Source: an uncultured Woeseiaceae bacterium
GTDB taxonomy: Bacteria > Pseudomonadota > Gammaproteobacteria > Steroidobacterales > Woeseiaceae
Assembly: GCA_902517795.1 (NCBI GenBank)
Contig: CABYDR010000001.1
Coordinates: forward strand, 2,512-66,511
Direction of reading: 5' to 3'
Length of the DNA stretch: 64,000 nucleotides
Below the pieces are notes generated by a model. It searched no databases and was not told the origin of the DNA. It was given only the letters and a program-made list of their open reading frames with translations. The translations under genes were made by a program, and so were the position numbers. This document shows, piece by piece, positions 10,000 through 19,451 of the stretch. Each line of letters starts with the position of its first letter. Position 1 is the first letter of the stretch.

Positions 10000-10824
10000 T
10001 TATTGAGCAACTACGCTTATCACATTTGAACCAGTGCTAGTTCCGTTATTATTTTTAGCAAATATTCGATACCAGTAAGTACCTGCAGTAACAATAGAAC
10101 TGTCTTCGAATGACTCTGTTGTTGGCAATCCAACACTCACGTATGTCCCTGTCGGCGAATTTTTTCTCTGCACATCATAATTAGTCTCTGAATTATCACC
10201 AGCACTCCATGTTAATGAGATTTTTCCACTAGTCACTACTGCTGATAGTCCTGACGGAGATAGAGGTGGCACTGACGTCTTCCTGCAATTCGTTGTTGAA
10301 TCATTAATGTTACCCATTCTAAAACACTGATTTGAAATCATTTGGATATCATAATAACCCGTGTTGTAACAGGTATCCTCATATGAGCCAGTGTCTGTGA
10401 GGCCATTAGTCATAAGAATTTTACCGTTAACAATATGCCCTAAACAGTCTTGTGCTCCAGTTTCTTGAAAACCTTGACCAAAATTATGCGGATAATTGAA
10501 TCGCACCTTAAGATCATTGTGTGATGATATGATTACCTCTTGAGTGACTGTGAATAGACCAAGAGTATTTTGAGTGTAACCGTTTTGAACACCACTAGCT
10601 CCACCCGGGCGAAGAGTTGATGTACATTGCCACGTTCCAACCAAATCTTCAGTATCAATACCACCAGTTATAATATTATTTATTCTAGTAAAGATATCGT
10701 TCAAAACATCGGCTGAGACTACATCACCCTCCTGAATATTGATTGATTCAGGAGTGCATTGAACCTCTTGAGAGTTTGCTTGTATGCTAACCATTAAAAC
10801 TAAAAATAAAATTATGCTTCTCAT
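10000..10824 (-). CDS. secreted protein with C-terminal fibronectin type III-like domain
   Basis: Signal peptide. The C-terminal about 90 aa (PSGLSAVVTSGKISLTWSAG..YDVQRK..GTYWYRIFAKNNNG) follows the FN3 pattern. Confidence 0.55.
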   Translation of the reverse strand: MRSIILFLVLMVSIQANSQEVQCTPESINIQEGDVVSADVLNDIFTRINNIITGGIDTEDLVGTWQCTSTLRPGGASGVQNGYTQNTLGLFTVTQEVIISSHNDLKVRFNYPHNFGQGFQETGAQDCLGHIVNGKILMTNGLTDTGSYEDTCYNTGYYDIQMISNQCFRMGNINDSTTNCRKTSVPPLSPSGLSAVVTSGKISLTWSAGDNSETNYDVQRKNSPTGTYVSVGLPTTESFEDSSIVTAGTYWYRIFAKNNNGTSTGSNVISVVAQ

Positions 10825-10834
10825 TTTGATTGCC

Positions 10835-11110
10835 TTATTGATAGGTTATTTTTCCGTATATTGCCGTCCCATATCTGTTTTTTTCTGCTAAATTATTCGC
10901 ATTTTCAATATCTCTTATCTTAGAGTTAGGCAGATCGTCAAATGCACGTGAGTCACGATGAAAACGATTGGGATTATCAGATCGAATTTCTGAGGTTGTT
11001 CCTTCTGAGGGTGGAGGACTTCCTGAGAGAATTTCTGTATCACCGGGGCCTCCACAACTAGCAAGAGAAAAAATGATGGAGACTTTTATTAGTTTTTTTA
11101 TGAAGTGCAA
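10835..11110 (-). CDS. hypothetical small lipoprotein
   Basis: Lipobox-like SLASC after a hydrophobic N-terminus. 91 aa. Confidence 0.4.
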   Translation of the reverse strand: MHFIKKLIKVSIIFSLASCGGPGDTEILSGSPPPSEGTTSEIRSDNPNRFHRDSRAFDDLPNSKIRDIENANNLAEKNRYGTAIYGKITYQ

Positions 11111-11129
11111 ACCTCACCTCTTTCTAATG

Positions 11130-11753
11130 CTATGAACATATTGTCCTAAATGTTAAATTAATTCTAGGTTCTCTAATTTTTTTTGATTTTGGCAATTGAT
11201 GCATCCAATGTTCCTGTAACCTATCTTTCATTGTCAACAAACTACCATTGCCTAGTGTCAGATGTATTTTTTCTTTAGTCTTTTTGTGCTTAAAAGAAAA
11301 TTTTCTCATAGCTCCTAAGCTGACTGAAGCGATAACACCATTTTTTTTTAATTCTTTTTCATTATCTGAGTGCCACCCCATTCCATCATCACCATCATGA
11401 TAAAAATTCAGAAGGCATGAATTAAATTTTCTTGATACGTTTTTTTCAACAATATACTTTATTTCAAGCAATTCATTAGTCCAAGGCAATGCAGCTCTTT
11501 TTATCTTTGAGTATGTATAACAAAAAGGTCGATCTCCATACCAGGCAGTTTTTCTCCTAGTGATGAAATGCTTTCCAAATATTACTGATTCATCATTTTT
11601 CCATTGTATGTTTTTTGATAACAGCAATAAAAAAAGTTTAGATTTTTCTTCTGAAATTAATGAATCAATATAAATCGCTATACCGTCCTTATTGATTATT
11701 GTTTGGCTTGACACAGCGTTGTCTGATGAGGTGATATTTAAACTTGCATGCAT
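11130..11753 (-). CDS. alkB: AlkB-like Fe(II)/2-oxoglutarate-dependent dioxygenase
   Basis: LLNFYHDGDDGMGWHSD (H-x-D), a later H, and the terminal RINLTFR motif characteristic of AlkB. Confidence 0.8.
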   Translation of the reverse strand: MHASLNITSSDNAVSSQTIINKDGIAIYIDSLISEEKSKLFLLLLSKNIQWKNDESVIFGKHFITRRKTAWYGDRPFCYTYSKIKRAALPWTNELLEIKYIVEKNVSRKFNSCLLNFYHDGDDGMGWHSDNEKELKKNGVIASVSLGAMRKFSFKHKKTKEKIHLTLGNGSLLTMKDRLQEHWMHQLPKSKKIREPRINLTFRTICS

Positions 11754-11762
11754 ATATTGATA

Positions 11763-12995
11763 TTATCTAAATTTCTCAATCAGAGCATCAATCAGATCAT
11801 CACTCTTGTCCCAATATTGATTATTAATGTCGCCATCAGCTCGAGGCCATGTTGAATAGATTGCTACAACCATTTCTGCTTGCGGAGCCACGCGTAACAA
11901 TTGACCATGGATTCCATACCCATTCAGATCTCGCTCTGTATTACCCTTGCCCCACCAAAATGAACGGTAATATGGTGAAGTTCCATCAGATACATCATAA
12001 GGCCAATTTTGATCTTCATGAGCATGCATATCTCTAATAAATTCAGCAGGAATAATCTGTTGATCAAATGCTTTACCTTCATTCAAAACCAAAAGCCCGA
12101 TGCGACTCAAATCTCTCAATGTGGAATTCATACCGTGGTCGGCTAAAACGAAACCGCTCTCATCTACTGTGATGTAGGCATCAAACTCTGCACCCATAGG
12201 TTTCCATATATATTCAGAAATTAAATTTGCCAGAGGTTTTCTTGAGGCTTTTTCTAGGACCCAGCCAATTACATCCGTTGATCCAGATCGGTATTTAAAT
12301 GTTCCTATATTTGATTCTTTTCGACCTATTGTTGGAAGGAAATTATAAAGCCCATTTTCTATTTTCTCTGGACAATAATCTGCATCCGTCCATCCAATAG
12401 CACAATCTTGAATACGAAAAGTTGTTGTGAAATCCGGATAGTCTTCTGAATAGTCTGAACCGTCTTTCATATCTAGTACTAATCTCAGAGAATCAGTCCC
12501 CCACCCACTTTTTGACAATTCAGGCACGTAATATGAAACAGGTTTATCAAAGTCAATCAATCCATCTTGCTCTAACTTGCCGGCTAATAGACCCACTACA
12601 GATTTTGAGATTGAATTCATAAGATGGGGTTTATCTTCGGTCAGATTCTCATAATATCGTTCTAATAGAATTTCATCATTTTTTAAAATGATAATCCCAT
12701 CGATGTATCGTTTTTCAGCGATTTCATTTATAGATTGTGTTTGCCCATCATAGTCAAGATCGAAGTTTTCAGTGTATTTTTTACTTTTCTTAAGTTCTAA
12801 AGTTTTCTCATCACCGTGTTCTATATTGACAGTTGGCAAAACTTCTCGGAGATGACTAAAACTCCATCGATTGAAAGGTCCAAATTGAAAATTTGAAAGA
12901 TTGACATCCTTTGGTCTGGCACTTTGATCAGCAAAAACTATAGATGGAGATAGTAAAGCAATTAGAATTATATATTTAAAATACCTTCTCATCAT
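11763..12995 (-). CDS. secreted serine hydrolase, beta-lactamase fold
   Basis: Signal peptide and S-x-x-K in NSISKSVVG. Second member of this fold in the window. Confidence 0.75.
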   Translation of the reverse strand: MMRRYFKYIILIALLSPSIVFADQSARPKDVNLSNFQFGPFNRWSFSHLREVLPTVNIEHGDEKTLELKKSKKYTENFDLDYDGQTQSINEIAEKRYIDGIIILKNDEILLERYYENLTEDKPHLMNSISKSVVGLLAGKLEQDGLIDFDKPVSYYVPELSKSGWGTDSLRLVLDMKDGSDYSEDYPDFTTTFRIQDCAIGWTDADYCPEKIENGLYNFLPTIGRKESNIGTFKYRSGSTDVIGWVLEKASRKPLANLISEYIWKPMGAEFDAYITVDESGFVLADHGMNSTLRDLSRIGLLVLNEGKAFDQQIIPAEFIRDMHAHEDQNWPYDVSDGTSPYYRSFWWGKGNTERDLNGYGIHGQLLRVAPQAEMVVAIYSTWPRADGDINNQYWDKSDDLIDALIEKFR

Positions 12996-13002
12996 TTGGT
13001 CC

Positions 13003-15012
13003 CTAGTTCTTTAAACCAATATCTCTTTTCATTATGTCATCAACATACAGATCAGAATCAATTTCAAGAAGAAATCTATTATTTATGAGGTCTTGAGAGG
13101 ACTTTCTGAGTCTCTCAATATATTCATTTTTGGTTTTATATCTTTCCTGTATTGATAATCTTGGGTCGCCACTCTTTAGTCTTTCTGATTTAGTTTTGGC
13201 AAATGGAATATATGAACCAACTGCACCACATAAAGATCCTTTTGCGAAACCTTCGCTGCCTATATTCCATCCAACATAGGTAGCAATGGGAGCATCGAGA
13301 TAAGGCAATTTTATCCCCTCATAGTCATTGCCATCGGAATCGACTTTTGGAATGAAAATAGGATAAGACTCACCTTCATTTGCTGGAATAACTGAGTAGT
13401 CTGTGACTTCTAGGTTGTTTATAAAACTAGGAAATGGGACATTAGGAATATCAGGAAAACCAGCTTTTACTTGATCAAAATCACCCAATGTTCCACTTGA
13501 ATGAGATGGAAATTGGCTCTCTGGAGGTGATACTCCTTCAGTAACCCAGAGATCTAATGCCTTAAGCAAGGCCCTCATTGGCCCACCATTATGTAATGTG
13601 TTGACTGTATATTGACAATAATTGAGGTGATACGGTTTATCCCCATAAACTTCAGAGTGTGGAGTACTGGGCATATAATAAGCTCGTACATTTTCAGGTA
13701 AATCGATATCTTGACCTTTTGTGTCAGTGACGACTAGAGATGATCTTCCCTGCCAAAACTCAGTTGCTGTATCGGTATGAAATACTTTTGGACAAGTATT
13801 AGTTTCTAAACATCGCTTCATGATTCCATCAGTTTTTCCAGTTAAATGATCTTCAATTACTGAATAAGTAAATGGAAATTGATCTCCTGGCTGGAGATGA
13901 TCTTTATGCTCTTGAGACCAACGTCCTGGCTGAGAAAAGCGAAAATTTATCCATGTTTTTCGAGAGCCAGCAACATCAGGATTCAAACCATCAAAAACCA
14001 TTCGGTTTTTTTCATCCTCATTAAATCCTTGATACAAAAAATCTCTAACAAACCTTCCACTTTGGGAAATCCCATGGCCGTATGCATAAATAGTTGATGG
14101 TTCGCCATTAATCAGCATAGGATTCGGTGCACCCATCTTATCTTCTTTTTCATAGCGAAGAAATGAAACAACATCTCTTACAGAAGCAAATGCTAAACCC
14201 ATAACTTTGGGTTTTTTTGCCTCATAAACAAATTCAAAAATTGCACTTGCATCGTAACCTTTTGGTCGATAAATAGTGATCTGTTTATTTGTATACGGTT
14301 TGATTCCTGACCTTTGATCAGAGAAGTATTCAAACTTTAGATCTTCTGGAGTTGAACGCTTATCCTTCTGCCTAGATCTGACAGTCAATTTTGCTTTTGA
14401 TGTATCCAGTGAAGCAGCAGGATAACTTAATGTTGCCACAAATGGGTTGAAATCATGATTAAAAACGATTTCATCACTTACAAGTCCAGTTACACCAGAA
14501 ATTGTTGGAACCTGAAGACCCATTTGATTCTCTCCTGATGGCATATCTCCTTGCCAGCCTGACCATACAATTGAATAACCTTCATTCATTAAATGCCCAT
14601 TACCAGCATCCAAATCTTCATAATAATCATTCCATTTTGCATCATTGAACAAGATTAAAGATATTTTGTCGCCTCTATTGAGCACTTCATAAAAAATTCT
14701 TTTATTTCCTTTTTCTAGATCCATGGGCATAAGGATTACCACGTCTGCCACAGCTTCAACCAATCCATCAGAATTTACTGGCGCAATATCAATGTCTACT
14801 ATCCCTTGATTAAGACGATGTTGTGGATCTACAGCGATGGTCGCTTTTGCTGTAATTTTCTTATATTGACCAACCTCACCGAATTGCCTTCCATCAAATG
14901 TTGGTGATTCTATCGACAAAATATTAAAATTAATCACTTCAGAACGAGTGTGGTTACTGATACAAAGAAAAGGTGCTATAAATAAAATTTGCAATATATA
15001 TTTACATTTCAT
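13003..15012 (-). CDS. large secreted protein, putative alpha/beta hydrolase
   Basis: Signal peptide and a nucleophile-elbow-like G-x-S-x-G (GHGISQSGRF). No further motif recognised. Confidence 0.45.
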   Translation of the reverse strand: MKCKYILQILFIAPFLCISNHTRSEVINFNILSIESPTFDGRQFGEVGQYKKITAKATIAVDPQHRLNQGIVDIDIAPVNSDGLVEAVADVVILMPMDLEKGNKRIFYEVLNRGDKISLILFNDAKWNDYYEDLDAGNGHLMNEGYSIVWSGWQGDMPSGENQMGLQVPTISGVTGLVSDEIVFNHDFNPFVATLSYPAASLDTSKAKLTVRSRQKDKRSTPEDLKFEYFSDQRSGIKPYTNKQITIYRPKGYDASAIFEFVYEAKKPKVMGLAFASVRDVVSFLRYEKEDKMGAPNPMLINGEPSTIYAYGHGISQSGRFVRDFLYQGFNEDEKNRMVFDGLNPDVAGSRKTWINFRFSQPGRWSQEHKDHLQPGDQFPFTYSVIEDHLTGKTDGIMKRCLETNTCPKVFHTDTATEFWQGRSSLVVTDTKGQDIDLPENVRAYYMPSTPHSEVYGDKPYHLNYCQYTVNTLHNGGPMRALLKALDLWVTEGVSPPESQFPSHSSGTLGDFDQVKAGFPDIPNVPFPSFINNLEVTDYSVIPANEGESYPIFIPKVDSDGNDYEGIKLPYLDAPIATYVGWNIGSEGFAKGSLCGAVGSYIPFAKTKSERLKSGDPRLSIQERYKTKNEYIERLRKSSQDLINNRFLLEIDSDLYVDDIMKRDIGLKN

Positions 15013-15094
15013 TCAATTAATCTAACTTATTTAATATTCCAAAATCAATTATTAGATAATCAAACCAGATTTTACAATAACATTAGGAGGTAAA

Positions 15095-15787
15095 ATGGCA
15101 ACCATACTTGTTACAGGCGCAAATCGAGGTCTGGGTATTGAATTTGTTGAGCAATATATTAATGGGGGCAATGAAGTTATCGCAACCTACAGAAATGAAA
15201 ACAGCTCGATTGATTTAATTGAAATGGGTAATGAACGATCTAATTTAAAATTACTTCAGCTTGATGTCAGCTCAAACAAATCTCTCGATAGTTTTGCAGA
15301 AAATTTAGGCAACTCGCCGATAGATATTTTTATCAATAATGCTGGTGTCTATGGCCCAAGAAACAGTTCATTTGCTAATGTGGATGAAGAAAACTGGATA
15401 CCGGCAATAAAAATAAATGCTATTGCTCCAGTTCTTCTGACTCAATTAATTATCAAAAATATTAGGGCAGGAACTGATAAAAAACTGATCTATATAACTT
15501 CAAAAATGGGATCAATTGACGACAATAAAGGTGGTGGCGCTTATGTTTACCGTAGCTCAAAAACAGCACTTAACGCGGTCGTAAAGAGCCTATCGATAGA
15601 TTTAAAAAATGAGAACATTGCTGTTGCTTTGATTCATCCTGGTTGGGTAAAAACTGATATGGGTGGACCCAATGCACTTATTGACAAAGACACGAGCGTA
15701 AGAGGAATGACTGAAGTTATCTCTAATCTTGATATCTCATCAACTGGTAACTTTTTTAATTATGATGGAACAATCATTCCTTGGTGA
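15095..15787 (+). CDS. short-chain dehydrogenase/reductase (SDR) family oxidoreductase
   Basis: TGANRGLG cofactor motif, NNAG, and catalytic YRSSK (Y-x-x-x-K). Confidence 0.85.
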   Translation: MATILVTGANRGLGIEFVEQYINGGNEVIATYRNENSSIDLIEMGNERSNLKLLQLDVSSNKSLDSFAENLGNSPIDIFINNAGVYGPRNSSFANVDEENWIPAIKINAIAPVLLTQLIIKNIRAGTDKKLIYITSKMGSIDDNKGGGAYVYRSSKTALNAVVKSLSIDLKNENIAVALIHPGWVKTDMGGPNALIDKDTSVRGMTEVISNLDISSTGNFFNYDGTIIPW

Positions 15788-15823
15788 GTAACCTTAATAA
15801 TATTTTTTAGCCTAAGGCTTGAA

Positions 15824-16495
15824 TCATCTGGACTCATGTAGGCAGTCCACTCTAAATTTTGTTCCGAGGTGACCGACGTATTTGGCGCCATTGGCACAAT
15901 TGTAAGTGCCTTGTCCGTGTCGTTTGTAATCTTGGTGCTCACCGACGTATATGTCTCCATTGTTATATTTGTAAGTGCCTTGTCCGTGCTGTTTGTCATC
16001 TTGGTACTCACCGATGTATTTGTCTCCATCGGCATAAGTGTAAGTGCCTTGTCCGTGCTGTTTGTCATCTTGGTACTCACCGACGTATTGAATTCCACTA
16101 GCCCAAGTGTAAGTGCCTTGTCCGTGCTGTTTGCCATCATGGTACTCACCGACGTATTGGTTTCCACTAGCCCAAGTGAAAGTGCCTTGTCCGTGTCGTT
16201 TGCCATCTTGGTGCTCACCGATGTATTGGTCTCCATCGGCAAAAGTGAAAGTGCCTTGTCCGTGTCGTTTGTCATCTTGGTACTCACCGATGTATTGGTC
16301 TCCATTGGCCCAAGTGTAAGTGCCTTGTCCGTGTCGTTTGCCATCTTGGTACTCACCGACGTATTGACTTCCACTAGCCCAAGTGGAAGTGCCAACACAG
16401 TCATGCCACATTACGGATGGATCAGTAGGACAAGTTGTTTGTGCCTGGGAATTGATTGAGAATAAGAACGCTGTAATGAGGAGCAGTTTTTTCAT
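15824..16495 (-). CDS. secreted MORN-repeat protein (about 8 near-identical 23-aa repeats)
   Basis: Signal peptide MKKLLLITAFLFSINSQAQ followed by repeats of Y[VI]GEYQDGKRHGQGTYTWA.GDQ. This frame is preferred over the other ORFs across the repeat. Confidence 0.85.
   Translation of the reverse strand: MKKLLLITAFLFSINSQAQTTCPTDPSVMWHDCVGTSTWASGSQYVGEYQDGKRHGQGTYTWANGDQYIGEYQDDKRHGQGTFTFADGDQYIGEHQDGKRHGQGTFTWASGNQYVGEYHDGKQHGQGTYTWASGIQYVGEYQDDKQHGQGTYTYADGDKYIGEYQDDKQHGQGTYKYNNGDIYVGEHQDYKRHGQGTYNCANGAKYVGHLGTKFRVDCLHESR
15878..16392. repeat. 69-bp tandem repeat array (about 7 copies) inside the MORN gene
   Basis: The motif g[ta]aagtgccttgtccgtg recurs at 15902, 15971, 16040, 16109, 16178, 16247 and 16316, an exact 69-nt period. 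Confidence 0.9.
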
Positions 16496-16555
16496 GTGTT
16501 TAATTTATAACAAAATAGTTATTTTCTGCAAAAGATAATCCTAGTTAGCCTCGGA

Positions 16556-16612
16556 TGATGTCCGAGGCCGGAATCGAACTGGCACGTCCTTCCGAACAAC
16601 GGATTTTAAGTC
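16556..16612 (-). repeat. degenerate copy A of the 3' half of tRNA-Leu(UAA) (att-like remnant)
   Basis: tgatgtccgaggccggaatcgaactggcacgtccttccgaacaacggattttaagtc aligns with 27894-27950 with about 8 mismatches in 57 (by eye). The acceptor part is remodelled into a perfect 8-bp hairpin at 16548-16568. Confidence 0.7.
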
Positions 16613-16716
16613 ATTTACAGAGATAAATAATCTTGACTAATATTTAATTAGGATATTTTTCCAGTATTATATAATATATTTGTTAATAATTTTTATAACT
16701 ATTAGGAAAGAGACAT

Positions 16717-17127
16717 ATGAAATTAATAACAATACTTACGGCATTAATGATATTAATTATTAATGGTTGCGGTGGAAGCGCACCAACATTTGATGGAACC
16801 TCAGAAGAAACTGCTGAGTCATCAATGATGAAAATGTTCCCCGACATTGATTTTGATGATGATGGACCTTCAGAAGAAGCCATGAAAAATCTTCCACCAG
16901 CGTTAGAAACGTACATGTGCAAATCAATAGAGATTATGTTCTCAAATTTTGGGCAGAACGAAGAAGAATCTCTTTCAGAAGTTCGAGAGATCTTTAATGG
17001 AATGACAGCGAATGAAATGGAAGCTTATGGCATGGAAAATGATCTGATCGGATGCATAAGCGGAATGATGGAAGGGCTTAAAGAATTAGAAGAAGGGCTT
17101 GAAGAATTAGAAAATATGTTTCAATAA
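16717..17127 (+). CDS. small acidic lipoprotein
   Basis: Lipobox LIINGC after a hydrophobic N-terminus. The mature part is Glu/Asp/Met-rich. It is the only gene of cassette 1. Confidence 0.55.
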   Translation: MKLITILTALMILIINGCGGSAPTFDGTSEETAESSMMKMFPDIDFDDDGPSEEAMKNLPPALETYMCKSIEIMFSNFGQNEEESLSEVREIFNGMTANEMEAYGMENDLIGCISGMMEGLKELEEGLEELENMFQ

Positions 17128-17138
17128 TATTATCAATT

Positions 17139-17160
17139 ACTTATCGAGGTGCCCAAGACC
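17139..17160 (-). repeat. short remnant D of the tRNA-Leu 3' end plus flank
   Basis: acttatcgaggtgcccaagacc versus acttatcttggtgcccagggcc at 27887-27908. The 7-nt flank is identical and the tRNA part matches about 11 of 15. The match is short, so this is tentative. Confidence 0.4.
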
Positions 17161-17219
17161 TAACAATATAATTGCTCCTATAAATTAATAATTTAATTCA
17201 AAAAAATGGTGATAAATAA

Positions 17220-18191
17220 GTGCGTATTTTCAAATCAATAATTTTTCTAATTATATTTATATTCAGTATCTCTGGAAATTTCTCGTTAGCTGAAGACTAT
17301 TCAGATTCTGATATTACAAAAGTTGTCATGCTAGGATCAGGAAACCCATTCCCTGATCCAAAGAGATCAGGTCCATCTGTAGCTATTGTTGTTAATGGCG
17401 TTCCTTATTTATTTGATGCTGGTGCGGGAGTTTGGCAGGCAACTGGTGCAGCTACACCAAAATACGGAGGAACAATCAAAGCATTAGAAAGTGGTAATAT
17501 CTCAAAAGTGTTTATCACTCACTTACACTCCGATCATGTTGTTGGTCTACCAAGTTTAATACTTCTTCCCTGGGCACTTGGTCGTGAAGCTCCTCTTGAG
17601 GTATGGGGGCCTCCCGGAACTGAGCATATGATTAAGCATCTGGTAGAGGCATATAGAGAAGATGTAGGGTCAAGAAAATATGGTCTGGGTCAAGACAATG
17701 ATACTGGTTGGCGCGCTATAGGACATAATGTGCCAAAAGCCGGGTTAGTTTATCAAGATGAAAATGTAAAAATTGAAGCTTATCGGACCTTACATACTAC
17801 ATGGCCAATAACTTATGCGTATCGTGTTACCACCCCAGATAAAGTAGTGACCATTTCTGGGGATACAGTCAAGAACAAAGGAATCATTGAGGCAAGCAGA
17901 GGTACTGATATTTTAGTTCATGAAGTAGTTACTATCGAAGGTCAAGATACAGCAGGTTGGGCAAATGGTGGAAAGGAAGATCGTCATAATTTCGGCAATA
18001 TAATTGGCTTCTATCATGCAAATACTAAAGATCTAGCTGAAATTGCAAATGAAGCAAAGCCGAAGCTACTTGTTCTCTATCATGTGCAAAATTATACATC
18101 GCCGCTTCGACCCGAGGTTACAGTAGAAGAGATAAAGAAATATGGATATGACGGAAAAGTAATTCTTTCACAAGATCAAGATATATATTAA
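17220..18191 (+). CDS. secreted MBL-fold metallo-hydrolase
   Basis: Signal peptide and the metallo-beta-lactamase motif THLHSDH. GTG start. Confidence 0.8.
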   Translation: MRIFKSIIFLIIFIFSISGNFSLAEDYSDSDITKVVMLGSGNPFPDPKRSGPSVAIVVNGVPYLFDAGAGVWQATGAATPKYGGTIKALESGNISKVFITHLHSDHVVGLPSLILLPWALGREAPLEVWGPPGTEHMIKHLVEAYREDVGSRKYGLGQDNDTGWRAIGHNVPKAGLVYQDENVKIEAYRTLHTTWPITYAYRVTTPDKVVTISGDTVKNKGIIEASRGTDILVHEVVTIEGQDTAGWANGGKEDRHNFGNIIGFYHANTKDLAEIANEAKPKLLVLYHVQNYTSPLRPEVTVEEIKKYGYDGKVILSQDQDIY

Positions 18192-18225
18192 TACTGCTTT
18201 TTATTTGTTATATAAAATTTTATCG

Positions 18226-18283
18226 TGGTGCCCACGGCTAGACTCGAACCGGCAATATCCATTCGGACAACGGATTTTAAGTC
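18226..18283 (-). repeat. copy B of the 3' half of tRNA-Leu(UAA)
   Basis: tggtgcccacggctagactcgaaccggcaatatccattcggacaacggattttaagtc aligns with 27894-27950 with about 7 differences including 1 indel (by eye). Preceded by ttatc, as at the intact tRNA. Confidence 0.8.
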
Positions 18284-18286
18284 TTA

Positions 18287-19444
18287 CTACAAAATATTTT
18301 CGCTTGGTCTCTTCCGAAGTACTGCCCAAAACATAATTGACACAAAAACCATGCTGGTTGTGTAAGTCAAAAATACGATATGGCCGTAGTTATATACATA
18401 TCCTGCAACAGCAGAAGCTATTAACGAAGATAGTGAATAAATTGCAGGAATAAGAATAACAATTTTCCCATATCTATCTTCAGCGGCAATCGACGCAAAC
18501 ATATAAGCTAGTATAGCAGACCAACATGCTTGGAAAAGTACAGATAATACCCAGAACACAGATTCATTAAATATAGTAATCAAACCCACCATTACCAAAA
18601 TAAATATCAGCCCAATGGCTATGATCATACTATTTCGATTAATTCGGTTATAAACGAGAATAGGAAGAAAAGCGCCCAAGGTACCAATTCCAACAGCTGT
18701 TGATAGTGTTATTGCAATTGATTCAGTTGTGTAACCTGTATTAGTGGCAATGCGTTCATAGAATACCCAAAAGCCATTTAAACCTAAGTTAAAGATGAAT
18801 AAAGCTGCCATCGCCATAATGGCAGGACTTAATTGCTTAACATCAATTGCTTGGTTATTGTGCTGTGCTCCAATATCAATACTTTGTTTCCCAGTCAATG
18901 GAAAGGTGATTAATGCAACCGCAAGCACTACTGCCATGGCAAGCAACATGAATACGCCGGTAAGACCCCAAATAGGTGATATCCAGATAGGTACAACGTA
19001 AAGGCCAATCATCATCAATATAGATTGAAACAATTGAGAAAACCCAAAACCACGATCTGGGTTTTTGGCAGCGCCCAAGCAGGCCATTGAAATACAATAT
19101 AATATTCCAGTACCAATACCGGCTATGCCTAACGCTATTAGTAAAATTGCAAAACTAGTGGTAAATGCGGCAAAAATATAACCAAAAAATGCACATGCGC
19201 CACCAAACAATAATAATAATTTTCTATTGATCCGTCTGACCCAAAAACTGAGTAACAAACTGATAAGCACTTTAGCGCTCATGCCAGGGACCATTAACAT
19301 ACCAAGTTGCTGGTTACTGAAGCCACGATTGTCTGCAGCTGCACCAACAATAACGGGACTGATATTAAAAAAAAGTGCACTTAACGCAATAATTCCAGCA
19401 AAAGTTAGGATAGTCGTAAGTTGATTAACGTCTCTTCTTATCAT
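18287..19444 (-). CDS. MFS-type transporter
   Basis: 385 aa with about 12 hydrophobic helices in a 6+6 arrangement. Confidence 0.7.
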   Translation of the reverse strand: MIRRDVNQLTTILTFAGIIALSALFFNISPVIVGAAADNRGFSNQQLGMLMVPGMSAKVLISLLLSFWVRRINRKLLLLFGGACAFFGYIFAAFTTSFAILLIALGIAGIGTGILYCISMACLGAAKNPDRGFGFSQLFQSILMMIGLYVVPIWISPIWGLTGVFMLLAMAVVLAVALITFPLTGKQSIDIGAQHNNQAIDVKQLSPAIMAMAALFIFNLGLNGFWVFYERIATNTGYTTESIAITLSTAVGIGTLGAFLPILVYNRINRNSMIIAIGLIFILVMVGLITIFNESVFWVLSVLFQACWSAILAYMFASIAAEDRYGKIVILIPAIYSLSSLIASAVAGYVYNYGHIVFLTYTTSMVFVSIMFWAVLRKRPSENIL

Positions 19445-19451
19445 TATTTGG

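Noticed and set aside
15760-16459. ORFs 15760-16404 (-), 15859-16101 (+), 15869-16459 (+) and 16113-16319 (+) overlapping the MORN gene
   Set aside because: They are by-products of the 69-bp tandem repeat, which keeps several frames open. Only the 15824-16495 frame has a signal peptide and the canonical MORN pattern.
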